Source of the DNA: an uncultured Nitrososphaerota archaeon
GTDB taxonomy: Archaea > Thermoproteota > Nitrososphaeria > Nitrososphaerales > CADDZS01
Direction: 5' to 3'
Length of the DNA stretch: 64,000 nt
NCBI GenBank assembly: GCA_963799845.1
Contig: CAWCYI010000004.1
Coordinates: forward strand, 320,001 to 384,000
The notes under the pieces were generated by a model that had not been told where the DNA came from, made no database searches, and saw only the letters and a list, made by a program, of their open reading frames with translations. Position 1 is the first letter of the stretch. Each line of letters starts with the position of its first letter. Both the position numbers and the translations under genes were made by a program. Shown here piece by piece: positions 1 through 8,712 of this stretch.

Positions 1-137
1 TGAACCCGATTTGTGATCTACCATGAGCTTCACTGCGTGGTTCACCGATTCATTTACGTCAACCAGAATCGGAGATTGAACGAACTTCGACACGGGTTCA
101 TTAATTGCAATATTTATTTCCGACAATTTCTTTTACC

Positions 138-578
138 TTAGGGATTCTGTGCAATTAGTTTTCTTAAATCGTCCGGGATGTTTGGCTCATATGCTACCTT
201 CACCGCCCATTTGAATAGGTCTCTCTCTGTGACAATCCCCAAGAGCTTTCCGTCTTTTACAACCGGCAGACGTCTTATCCTATTCTTCAACAATATCGCG
301 AAAGCTTCCCAAAGCGGAGTGTTCAGACTAACCGTTATGACTGAACGTTTTCCTGTTTCTGCCAATTTTCGATCCAAGTAATCGAAGCTCTTCGTTATCT
401 CCCTCACAATATCTCTCTCGGTAATAATGCCCACAACTTTTCCATCATCTAGAACGACTACAGCTCCGATGTCGTTCTTAACCATCAAGTTGAGCGCGTC
501 GATTGTTTTATTCTTTGGACTTAAGGTGAAAACTGTTCTGGTCATAACTTCCTTTATCGTGTCTCTGTCTTCGCTCAA
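138..578 (-). CDS. Stand-alone CBS-domain pair protein
   Basis: Two CBS repeats (VMT..V, IGAVVVLDDGKVVGIITERD; IRRLPVVKDGKLLGIVTERD). Confidence 0.92.
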   Translation of the reverse strand: MSEDRDTIKEVMTRTVFTLSPKNKTIDALNLMVKNDIGAVVVLDDGKVVGIITERDIVREITKSFDYLDRKLAETGKRSVITVSLNTPLWEAFAILLKNRIRRLPVVKDGKLLGIVTERDLFKWAVKVAYEPNIPDDLRKLIAQNP

Positions 579-674
579 AATTGCATCATCCGCTCAGGGG
601 TAAAGGAGCAAGTGTCAGTATTTATGGGAGGCTACGATTCCCACGGTTGAGAACCAAAAATCCTAGGCAATTCG

Positions 675-1424
675 CTAGATGAGATTTACGAGGAAGCCGA
701 TCAAAAACCCCAAGAAGATCCCTATGTAACCAACCCTCTGGGTGATCCTATCGGATTCTCTGAAAAGCATTCGAAGCATCGGTAAAATTGCATAAAGTAT
801 CGCCCCGATTGCAACCCCGTCAAACGCCACGTCGAGTATTGGACCATTATAGAAGTATCCTATGGCTCCTCCGAGTATCGTCGGGATCGAGCCAACAAGG
901 AAAAGCAGGAACATTACTAGGACCTTACCTTCAGTACGTCCTAAAAATGGAGAAGCAATCGGAAAGCCTTCTGTAATATTTTGAAAAACAAATCCAACCA
1001 GCACGACTAGCGTTGTTCCCGTGAGACCAATGGTTTCTCCGAGAGCGCCAAAAACGAGACCTTCGGTGAGGTTTTGAAAGCCCATCCCCAAAGCGATGAT
1101 TAGCGCGAGCTGCGTGGTACTTAATCCAGCGCGTGACCGATTTTCCGCAATGAACAGAACGAGGAATCCCGCCGCAAAAGAAAGGCCGAATGCGAGATCG
1201 GCTGAAACGGATGACCCGTAACCGTATAATGAGCCGTTGTATAATAATGGAGACGCATCGGAAAATACATCAGCGATCAAGAAGACCAAAATTCCGATCG
1301 CAACGGCGTTCAGGAGTCTAGTTTTAAGCTCGCCAGTTTTCTTCCGAAGTACTATTGGGAGCGAAATAAAAATCGACAACCCCATGATGGCGGAAAATAG
1401 GAGTATTTCGGCGAGGCTAGCCAT
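675..1424 (-). CDS. ZIP-family divalent metal transporter
   Basis: About 8 TM helices; ZIP-like motifs ALGMGFQNLTEG and FQNITEG. Confidence 0.85.
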   Translation of the reverse strand: MASLAEILLFSAIMGLSIFISLPIVLRKKTGELKTRLLNAVAIGILVFLIADVFSDASPLLYNGSLYGYGSSVSADLAFGLSFAAGFLVLFIAENRSRAGLSTTQLALIIALGMGFQNLTEGLVFGALGETIGLTGTTLVVLVGFVFQNITEGFPIASPFLGRTEGKVLVMFLLFLVGSIPTILGGAIGYFYNGPILDVAFDGVAIGAILYAILPMLRMLFRESDRITQRVGYIGIFLGFLIGFLVNLI

Positions 1425-1585
1425 TTACAAATTATATGACATACGGCATATTTCAGCGTTCAGCTTGCTTCCAGCAAACGAGTCTACCTCCCTTCAATTT
1501 GGCTTGCTCCTTCCTAAATTTCAATCCATTCTCACAAAAGAAAATCGTATCTGCGTTTATTTGCTCTGGATGCAATAATAGTCCG

Positions 1586-1897
1586 ATGCAAACCAACCGA
1601 GAATGCTTTCAGATGTGTGTCAATTTCGTATTGAAAAATCCTGATTTCAAGCTCGTTCACGGAGTAGTAAACTCAGTTGACCGGTCCGACATGCAGTACG
1701 CTTGGGTGAAAAAAGACTCTAAGGTCTACGATGCAGAGAATGACAAGTGGTTTGAGCTAAGTGAATGGTCTAATCAAGCGGTGGAGCAGAATACGTATGC
1801 GTATCCGGAAGTAGAAAGGCTCATCGATTATACGGGACATCCTGGCCCATGGTCTAGGGAAGAGTACGAACTATCGTCGGCAAAACTATCTCGCTGA
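1586..1897 (+). CDS. Hypothetical protein with a papain/transglutaminase-like motif pattern
   Basis: ATG at 1586 within ORF 1436..1897; pattern ECF..C, LVHG, YAWV..VYD. Confidence 0.5.
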   Translation: MQTNRECFQMCVNFVLKNPDFKLVHGVVNSVDRSDMQYAWVKKDSKVYDAENDKWFELSEWSNQAVEQNTYAYPEVERLIDYTGHPGPWSREEYELSSAKLSR

Positions 1898-1954
1898 CAG
1901 AGACGAACAGTCTTTTCATTGACTGTTCGTGATTTTACTAGAGCATCGATTGAC

Positions 1955-2407
1955 TCAAGATCCGGAAGTAGGGCGGACTGTTGAAGATGACTTTGAGTGC
2001 ATCAGATCTTCGAGATACTTGACATATTCTGGTTCGACTCTGATTACATCCGTCGAAGTTATGATCCCGACCAACAATCCTTCAGGGTCCAATACTGGAA
2101 GTTTAGAAACGTGACGCTCTGACATTATCTTGGCTGCATCCTCAAGCGAAGCCTCTTGATCAATAGAGATTACCGGAGTAGACATTATCGACGAAACCTT
2201 AGTCGACTTGAGATCCAGCTGTTTCAAAACCGAGTTTTTCAAAATGTCACCTTTTGTTACGATTCCTGCTATATCGTCCTGTCGCATCGCGACAACGCAT
2301 CCGACGTTACTCTCTATCAGCTTTTTTGCGGCCTCCAATACAGAATCTGAGACGTCGACGACTGTAACCTTCGTTGCCATGCAGTCACTTACGGACGGCG
2401 AAGCCAT
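1955..2407 (-). CDS. Stand-alone CBS-domain pair protein
   Basis: VGCVVA...GIVTKGD and VSKLPVLDPEGLLVGIITSTD. Confidence 0.92.
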   Translation of the reverse strand: MASPSVSDCMATKVTVVDVSDSVLEAAKKLIESNVGCVVAMRQDDIAGIVTKGDILKNSVLKQLDLKSTKVSSIMSTPVISIDQEASLEDAAKIMSERHVSKLPVLDPEGLLVGIITSTDVIRVEPEYVKYLEDLMHSKSSSTVRPTSGS

Positions 2408-2701
2408 TTTGTTTTCAACCTTAATCTAATTTAGACAGAGATAAAGACCGTGACGATTCTCAACGGTGATAACGAAGTCTCAAAGTTCCGAATACGAATT
2501 CAGATTCGGAGAACATCGATTGTAGATTGGCGGTTGAATTGTTGATATTTCTACGTTTGTAGCAGACGTGATAAATCAACTAGAAATAATTGAATTCGCA
2601 AGATTATGTTACAGAACCATTTCTTTAAGGGCAAAGAGTCGTGCAAGAATAGCATAAGGGAATTATTTCATAAAAACCTCTAGGGCCTGGTTTGTAATAA
2701 A

Positions 2702-3224
2702 ATGAACAGACGGGAGTTTATTCAAAGCCTGGTTGTGACGGCTGCCCTTGTAGGAACTGCAGGAGCTGGCTTGCTGGAGCTAGGGAATCTGGTCGAAAAA
2801 AGTCAGAACAATCAAGTTTCGCTGCCAACGATACAGCAATCAGGCACACAACAGAGTACCTCTATTGAAACTTCCAATTCAGCATCCGCTCAAATCAGTT
2901 CTAATTCTACAATCCCAACGGGTTATTCCCTCATCAATGAGTCAGCTATCAGGAAAGAGCTACGCATATTTTACGCATCCTACTTTCGGGAGTTCGATAG
3001 TGATTAGCATCACGGGACAGTGGAAGGCATTCAGCGCCACTTGCACTCACCGCCCGTGTACCGTCCAATACCAGAGCACGTTGATTTACTGCCCGTGTCA
3101 TGGCGGCACGTTCAATCCTAACGATGGAAGCGTCGAGGGAGGGCCGCCCCCGACTCCGTTGCCAGAGTACGCGGTTTTGATTCAAAATAACAATCTATAC
3201 GTCGGCGACACACAAATCAACTAG
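2702..3224 (+). CDS. Tat-exported Rieske [2Fe-2S] protein (frame break near 2935-2950)
   Basis: N-terminal MNRREFIQ twin-arginine signal in ORF 2702..3007; CTHRPC and CPCHGG boxes in +1-shifted ORF 2865..3224. Confidence 0.85.
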
Positions 3225-3484
3225 CTTTTATCTTTCACTTCGAGATTCCTCGCATTACCGATCATCTAGATTATTTGCTAGTTTGGGCATGGCTGAGATT
3301 TCCACCTAGCGCAAAGGGCTTCAGCCGCCTGCGTAAATGGGAATTAAATCAACTTCCGTCTGGTCTTGAAGCGCAGGATTATCTTATGCGGGAACACCAT
3401 TCACAACTATCTGCATCGTCGGAAGCATTGTGGTTAGCACCGCATGCGAAATTGTGATCGAAGGAAGCGTCTCAGCTCGTTCTA

Positions 3485-5890
3485 TTATTCTCGTTGGTGC
3501 CGTTTTCTGAGAATCAATCCAATGCACGACACTACCGCAGCCAGAAGTGCGACTATAATTCCAAATGACAAAAGGTTGCAGGCGAATGAAACGCTCAATG
3601 TAGTCGGAGAGGAAACGGCCAAAGAGTAACTGTTCGAGGAGCTCGCGCTGTCATTCCCTGAGTTCCAATCGCCAACGCTGTAAATCAGTGAAGAGGGTGT
3701 CGCATCAAGAGTCACGCTCGTTCCTGGAGGGACATAGATCGTCTTTGACGAAGCCTCATCCACCTCTCCAGCAATCGAGCCGTAACTGTATGATAACTGA
3801 CCGTTTGTCCCCGTGCTAAGGGTGAGAGATGCGTCAAACTCTGCCGTCTCGTTCACCGGACCGTTGACTCGCAGAACTCCATATCCAGGCGCGCTCGCAT
3901 TAGAGGATGTCTGGCCGTTCCCCACCCAGTTTGCAAACTCCCAACCTTCATTCGCTGTTGCAGAAAGCACGACCGAATCATTTTCGTCATACCAGCCGTC
4001 CGATGGGAGGACCGAGCCGCCCTTCAAAGTGTTCTGGTCAATGACAACGAAGTATTGCCTTCCATATTCAAGTACAATATGCGATTGCGAATCGATCGAG
4101 CCTGATGTGGTCGAATTTTCTGCTATCCAACGTTCAACGACGGAGGACCCGAACAGCAACGACGGGGCAGACCAAGTCGAAAAGGCATCTATCCAAATCT
4201 CGTTTTGATTCAGTTGCAGCGCAATTTCCAAAGATGATCCAAGACTCTGGAAGTCGAATATTGGGGCTGGTAACCCCGAGTCTCCGCCAGTCAGTTCAAG
4301 CGTCACAACGATCAGGAACTGATGGCGGTAGCTGGGATTCTCAGTTACAGATCCTGAAACTCTTCCCGTTTGATTTGATTCCACAGCCCATCTTTCCGAG
4401 GAAGATGCGTCGATAACGCGGGAGTACGAATAGTAAGATGCTGCGTCGACCCACATCTTTGATCCGGAAGGAGTCGCAGTTATGACTGATGGAGAGCCAA
4501 AGGAGACAAGTGTCACATTTGGATCTTGCGGAATCGATACTCCTCCATCAGTCTGAAATCCAAAGTTTACGTTATACTGATGATAGTAAACAAAAGTTTC
4601 AGTCAATGCATTTGTTGCATTTCCCCCCATCATTTGGTTAGACATCCATCTTTCAGAGGAAGTTGATCTAGTGAGTGGATTCGTAACAGCCCACATTGAC
4701 CCGTTGTCCATGAGGTACTGAGTCGGATGCTGGCTCAGCTCTGCGGTAACCCGAAATCCATTTGAGAAAAATGTCAGCACGGGAGAGGTGTAAGCAGATT
4801 CACCTCCTTGAACTTTGTAGCTCATAGTGATTCCGATCAGGCCCGTCGAACCGGTAATGAAATCATAAGAATTGGATGTTTCCGTCGCCCCATTCGAGGA
4901 GAATGATTGTAACAGATTCGGATTGGAGTAAGTTATTTCCCCAGATGACGCCCTGAAAACTGACTGATTATTGGTGGGGTTCCACTCATCAATCCACGAG
5001 ATCGCAGATGAAATTGCAAAATAAGGATCACTATAGCTAACTTTTGACTCGGAGCCATAGTATGGATAAGCATGATACTGCTCTGTCATCAGTCCGGTGA
5101 AAAAACCATTCGAATCCGAAGTGTTCGATGAGCCGAGGAACTCTGTAGCGCCTTCATCACTGAAACTCTGGTAAGCGGTCGCGGTAGTATTCCAGTCTAT
5201 CGAGTACATGTTGACGAGGCCGTCTGAGAAATACAGATTCAACAAAACGATGTCCCCTTGATTTACAGGTCCGGAATATGCCATGATACCTCCTCCATTG
5301 GCTGCAGGGAAAATCGAGTTACCAGAAGGATCAAATGTTTCATAGATCAAATAGAAGCCAGACAGATGTCCTCCCGCCAGCACCGGCCAATCCCAAGACA
5401 ATCCCATCTGATACCAATAACCTTGATCAGAAAGTCCGTTCAGAAGGTATGCTGGGCCGTATCCATAACTATCAGATTGCTCGACAGCAGTAACATTGTA
5501 CGCAAGGCTGGTAAAGTTCTGCAAAAATGTAACAGCAATCTGCTCGTCATAGTTTGCTGGCGGTGGAAGAGCGAGATTACTATCGTTTGATTGCTGAATT
5601 CTTCCCAGTGCTTTTTGAGTCGCGGGAATGAATTGTGCTTGTCTCGGTATATCTTCGAAAGAAGATCCGCTTGGAGCATTTGACGGAACAAGACTCGCGA
5701 AGACATTATCTGTCGAGTTGTTAATTGCAGCCTCCGAATGAATGTATCCAGAAAAAGGCGATTTTTCTGCAGGAACCATAGTGAAATTTGGATGGTATGC
5801 AACCGAGAACTGAGTCGAACCCAAAAGAAGAACTAGAGCGACGATGATCAGTGTATTCTTTTTTGAAAAGATCACGTAATTTCCGAACAA
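3485..5890 (-). CDS. Large secreted, C-terminally membrane-anchored surface protein, possibly protease-like, with an InlB B-repeat-like domain
   Basis: N-terminal signal; many N-x-S/T sequons; GGSVLPSDGWYDENDSVVLSATANEGWEFANW repeat-type segment; C-terminal TM plus basic tail (LRKRH). Confidence 0.75.
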   Translation of the reverse strand: MFGNYVIFSKKNTLIIVALVLLLGSTQFSVAYHPNFTMVPAEKSPFSGYIHSEAAINNSTDNVFASLVPSNAPSGSSFEDIPRQAQFIPATQKALGRIQQSNDSNLALPPPANYDEQIAVTFLQNFTSLAYNVTAVEQSDSYGYGPAYLLNGLSDQGYWYQMGLSWDWPVLAGGHLSGFYLIYETFDPSGNSIFPAANGGGIMAYSGPVNQGDIVLLNLYFSDGLVNMYSIDWNTTATAYQSFSDEGATEFLGSSNTSDSNGFFTGLMTEQYHAYPYYGSESKVSYSDPYFAISSAISWIDEWNPTNNQSVFRASSGEITYSNPNLLQSFSSNGATETSNSYDFITGSTGLIGITMSYKVQGGESAYTSPVLTFFSNGFRVTAELSQHPTQYLMDNGSMWAVTNPLTRSTSSERWMSNQMMGGNATNALTETFVYYHQYNVNFGFQTDGGVSIPQDPNVTLVSFGSPSVITATPSGSKMWVDAASYYSYSRVIDASSSERWAVESNQTGRVSGSVTENPSYRHQFLIVVTLELTGGDSGLPAPIFDFQSLGSSLEIALQLNQNEIWIDAFSTWSAPSLLFGSSVVERWIAENSTTSGSIDSQSHIVLEYGRQYFVVIDQNTLKGGSVLPSDGWYDENDSVVLSATANEGWEFANWVGNGQTSSNASAPGYGVLRVNGPVNETAEFDASLTLSTGTNGQLSYSYGSIAGEVDEASSKTIYVPPGTSVTLDATPSSLIYSVGDWNSGNDSASSSNSYSLAVSSPTTLSVSFACNLLSFGIIVALLAAVVSCIGLILRKRHQRE

Positions 5891-6057
5891 GAGGGGAGGG
5901 GGCCTTCATTCGTTCACATGAGATCAATCAAGCTAAACTGGAATAGCAAGTTCCTGCATGCGACTTTCTCATTTACCAACTACAAGGGAATTCCGACTAA
6001 CCAAACGAAACTTCTACCAGCTTCAATTCCCGCGGCTAATTGCATTCGTGCACCGTT

Positions 6058-6354
6058 TCAGACGACGAGGCCTGCGATAAGGAGGACCACGATGAAGGAG
6101 GCTCCCGCGATTATCGGGATCCTTCCGAACCGATCATGCTCCATTATTGATCTTACCAAGTATGAAATCATGAAGAAGGCGACGAGGTCGATGGCTAGGT
6201 AGACTGCAAAGCTTGACTCGACACTGCCCCCGATTGGATTGAGGATCCACAAGAAATAAACCGTGAGAAGCTCGAGAAGTATAAGCAACGCGACAATCCG
6301 GACTGCAAGCTTCTCGTACGCGTCAGAGATGCTACCACTGCTCACTTCTTCCAC
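6058..6354 (-). CDS. Small 3-TM membrane protein, last gene of the Rieske/cytochrome b operon
   Basis: Three hydrophobic helices; start overlaps the cytochrome b stop. Confidence 0.75.
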   Translation of the reverse strand: MEEVSSGSISDAYEKLAVRIVALLILLELLTVYFLWILNPIGGSVESSFAVYLAIDLVAFFMISYLVRSIMEHDRFGRIPIIAGASFIVVLLIAGLVV

Positions 6355-7874
6355 CCCACCTCAAACGCCCTGACTCGTTTCTTTAACGAACCCGTTGAGA
6401 GGTCGAGCCTGTACAGCAGGTACGCAGCACCACACACCGCAACTGAGATCAGCGCCAATGATGCACTCAGCGAGTAAAGCAGAGTTGTTGAGAGCGCATC
6501 AACGGTCATCATACTCCCGATCGCAGTTATTGAACCACTGATACCGAAAGTCCCCAATACGAGGAGAATCACGAAACTACCAGCGGTCCAAAATGAGGCG
6601 GAACGCAGCGCCGACTGCACGGGCGGCGCTCTAACCGCAGCTCCTCCTGAAGGTGGAGAAGCTTGCGTGACTTTAGAGATTCCTCCGAAGACGAGCCTAT
6701 ATGCCGCCACCGAGCAGAGTGTCACCAGAAGAGCGGTACCGCCGAGCACGAGAACTGCCTGTTCGTTTGATATTATCTGCCCCGGCGTTAGCCTACCCCA
6801 AACAGTGAGCACTGCAATCTCAGCCACGAAGATGAGTCCGAGGGTGATGTACTTCATTCTTTTCGTGATTGCCCTGGTCTGGCCTCTGTCTATGAAGGGC
6901 AGAAAGATCAATGCTAGGAAAATCAATGTAATAACGCTGAGGGCAACAGGCAGGCCCCAAGTCTCGAAAGCCTGTATCTTCAGAATCTGATAGATCCAGA
7001 GAAAGTACCAGTCCGGTTGCGCCGTGAACTGAGCCGCCGCAGTTGCCGAGTACTCCGGAGGTAGACTCAAAGGAAAGATGATTGAGATGAGGAGCATCGC
7101 TGAACCGAACAGGGCAGCGAGTTCAAGCAGGTAAAAGGAGACGTCTGGAAAGATAGGTATAAGCTTCCGTTTCGTTGTCGCGGAGGCAGTCACGGGTTCG
7201 GCTATTCCGTGCACCTCCAGCATGTACATCTTCACCGCCAGCAACACAAGAAGTACCGCAGGGAGTACGACAACGTGCAAGTCATAAAACCTGAGCAGCT
7301 CCCCCGCGTCTCCTCCGCTTCCCACTATTAGGAAGGTTAGGAACGATGAAAGTTGGCTCGGCAACGCGCTAATCATCCCCATCCCCACGTCCGTAGCAGA
7401 TTTCGAGACGACCGTCCACGGGAGAAGATATCCGGTGAACCCAAATCCGAGTGTGACGAATCCCATCAACATCCCGACAATCCACATCAGCTCCCTGGGT
7501 TTCTTCTGGACGGAGACGAAGTATCCACGCATCAAGTGCATGAATGCTAGGAAGATCATCGCGTAAGCCGTGTACAGGTGCACGGTCTCGAGAAAGGTCC
7601 CGTAACTCACATTCTGGAAGATGTACTGCGTGGTGGCGTACGCTTGGGTCGGCCCCGGAACGTAGTACAACATCAATAACACTCCCGTAATCCCCTGAAT
7701 TACGAAGGCAACTACAGCCAAGGCCCCCAACCAGTAGAACGGATTTATCGAGTACTCAGGAGCCGGGCGCAGTAAAGGATAGGAAAGTCCCAGCCTGTCA
7801 TCGAACCAACCAGTCAATTTTTCGGCCGGCGTCGTCCTAACCGGTTCGGACGGGTCTTCTGTGCTCTCAACCAA
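6342..7874 (-). CDS. Cytochrome b subunit of a Rieske/cytochrome b complex (SoxN/PetB-like), with extra C-terminal TMs
   Basis: QGITG..L...Y.P, H..........MHLMRG, GFTGYLLPW, Qo motif PDWY; likely TTG start at 7874, just after the Rieske stop. Confidence 0.92.
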   Translation of the reverse strand: MVESTEDPSEPVRTTPAEKLTGWFDDRLGLSYPLLRPAPEYSINPFYWLGALAVVAFVIQGITGVLLMLYYVPGPTQAYATTQYIFQNVSYGTFLETVHLYTAYAMIFLAFMHLMRGYFVSVQKKPRELMWIVGMLMGFVTLGFGFTGYLLPWTVVSKSATDVGMGMISALPSQLSSFLTFLIVGSGGDAGELLRFYDLHVVVLPAVLLVLLAVKMYMLEVHGIAEPVTASATTKRKLIPIFPDVSFYLLELAALFGSAMLLISIIFPLSLPPEYSATAAAQFTAQPDWYFLWIYQILKIQAFETWGLPVALSVITLIFLALIFLPFIDRGQTRAITKRMKYITLGLIFVAEIAVLTVWGRLTPGQIISNEQAVLVLGGTALLVTLCSVAAYRLVFGGISKVTQASPPSGGAAVRAPPVQSALRSASFWTAGSFVILLVLGTFGISGSITAIGSMMTVDALSTTLLYSLSASLALISVAVCGAAYLLYRLDLSTGSLKKRVRAFEVGWKK

Positions 7875-7875
7875 G

Positions 7876-8673
7876 TTAGGACACCAATGTCCCGCCTTGC
7901 AGATCGTATAGCACATTATCGCTGCCCGTGTGGTAGCCGAAGATGGTTGGAGGTGACATTCCCGTTGCGTAGATGTCTCCGGTCGAGTCGTCGTAGCTCA
8001 GCATCACTTGGGGTACCGGCCTCGGAGCTGGTCCTCCCAGCACCTTCGCGCTGTTTGCCAAGTCGTAAGAGGAACCGTGACAGCAGCAGTAGCCCACAGG
8101 CCCGGATGCCTTGTATGTGTTATCGCATCCTGGTGATGCACCCGGCGCCACGAAACCGTAGATGCAACCCAAGTGCTGGCAGATCTGACTGAAAGCGACG
8201 ATGTCGCCGTCGGGGCCTACCCCGTTCAGTGCCTTCTCGCCTAGCTTCACGAGAAGATTCGGCGTCTCTTCAAGCGGATAGTTGAACGTGACGGTACTAC
8301 CTCCCGTCAAGTCACTAATGTTTGCGACCTTGATTGTGGGAAAAGGACCTGATGACGATGATGATGTCGTGGTCGAAGACTCTGAAGCGGTGCTCTCAGT
8401 GCTTTCTGTGCTGCTCTCGCTCGTCGGCTGTGATGCTACAGTCGAAGTGACGGTCACAGTTGCGGTCTCAATCTGAGTCTGGGTGGGGATGACCTCAGCA
8501 GGCAGCGCTTCAGACGGGCTCACTATAGAACGTGTTACTGATCCTATTCCCAGAGCGGCCAAGACCACCCCAAAGGTTAGGCCGACCTTAAGAAAATTCC
8601 TTCGGGAGTTTTCCTTTGCATCTGTGCGGGCATTGTCTGGAGCACTCTCACCGCCATCGTTCTCTTGTGGCAT
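7876..8673 (-). CDS. Tat-anchored Rieske protein (SoxL/AioB-like)
   Basis: SRRNFLK twin-arginine motif, Ser/Thr linker, GVGPDGDIVAFSQICQHLGC and CCCHGSSY boxes, GPAPRP. Confidence 0.92.
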   Translation of the reverse strand: MPQENDGGESAPDNARTDAKENSRRNFLKVGLTFGVVLAALGIGSVTRSIVSPSEALPAEVIPTQTQIETATVTVTSTVASQPTSESSTESTESTASESSTTTSSSSSGPFPTIKVANISDLTGGSTVTFNYPLEETPNLLVKLGEKALNGVGPDGDIVAFSQICQHLGCIYGFVAPGASPGCDNTYKASGPVGYCCCHGSSYDLANSAKVLGGPAPRPVPQVMLSYDDSTGDIYATGMSPPTIFGYHTGSDNVLYDLQGGTLVS

Positions 8674-8712
8674 TGTATCACCCGCTCACGGAGTTCTACA
8701 GCAGTGATATGC

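Noticed and set aside
7876-8673. Arsenite oxidase small subunit AioB
   Set aside because: The sequence is similar, but no AioA molybdopterin subunit is adjacent and the partner is cytochrome b.
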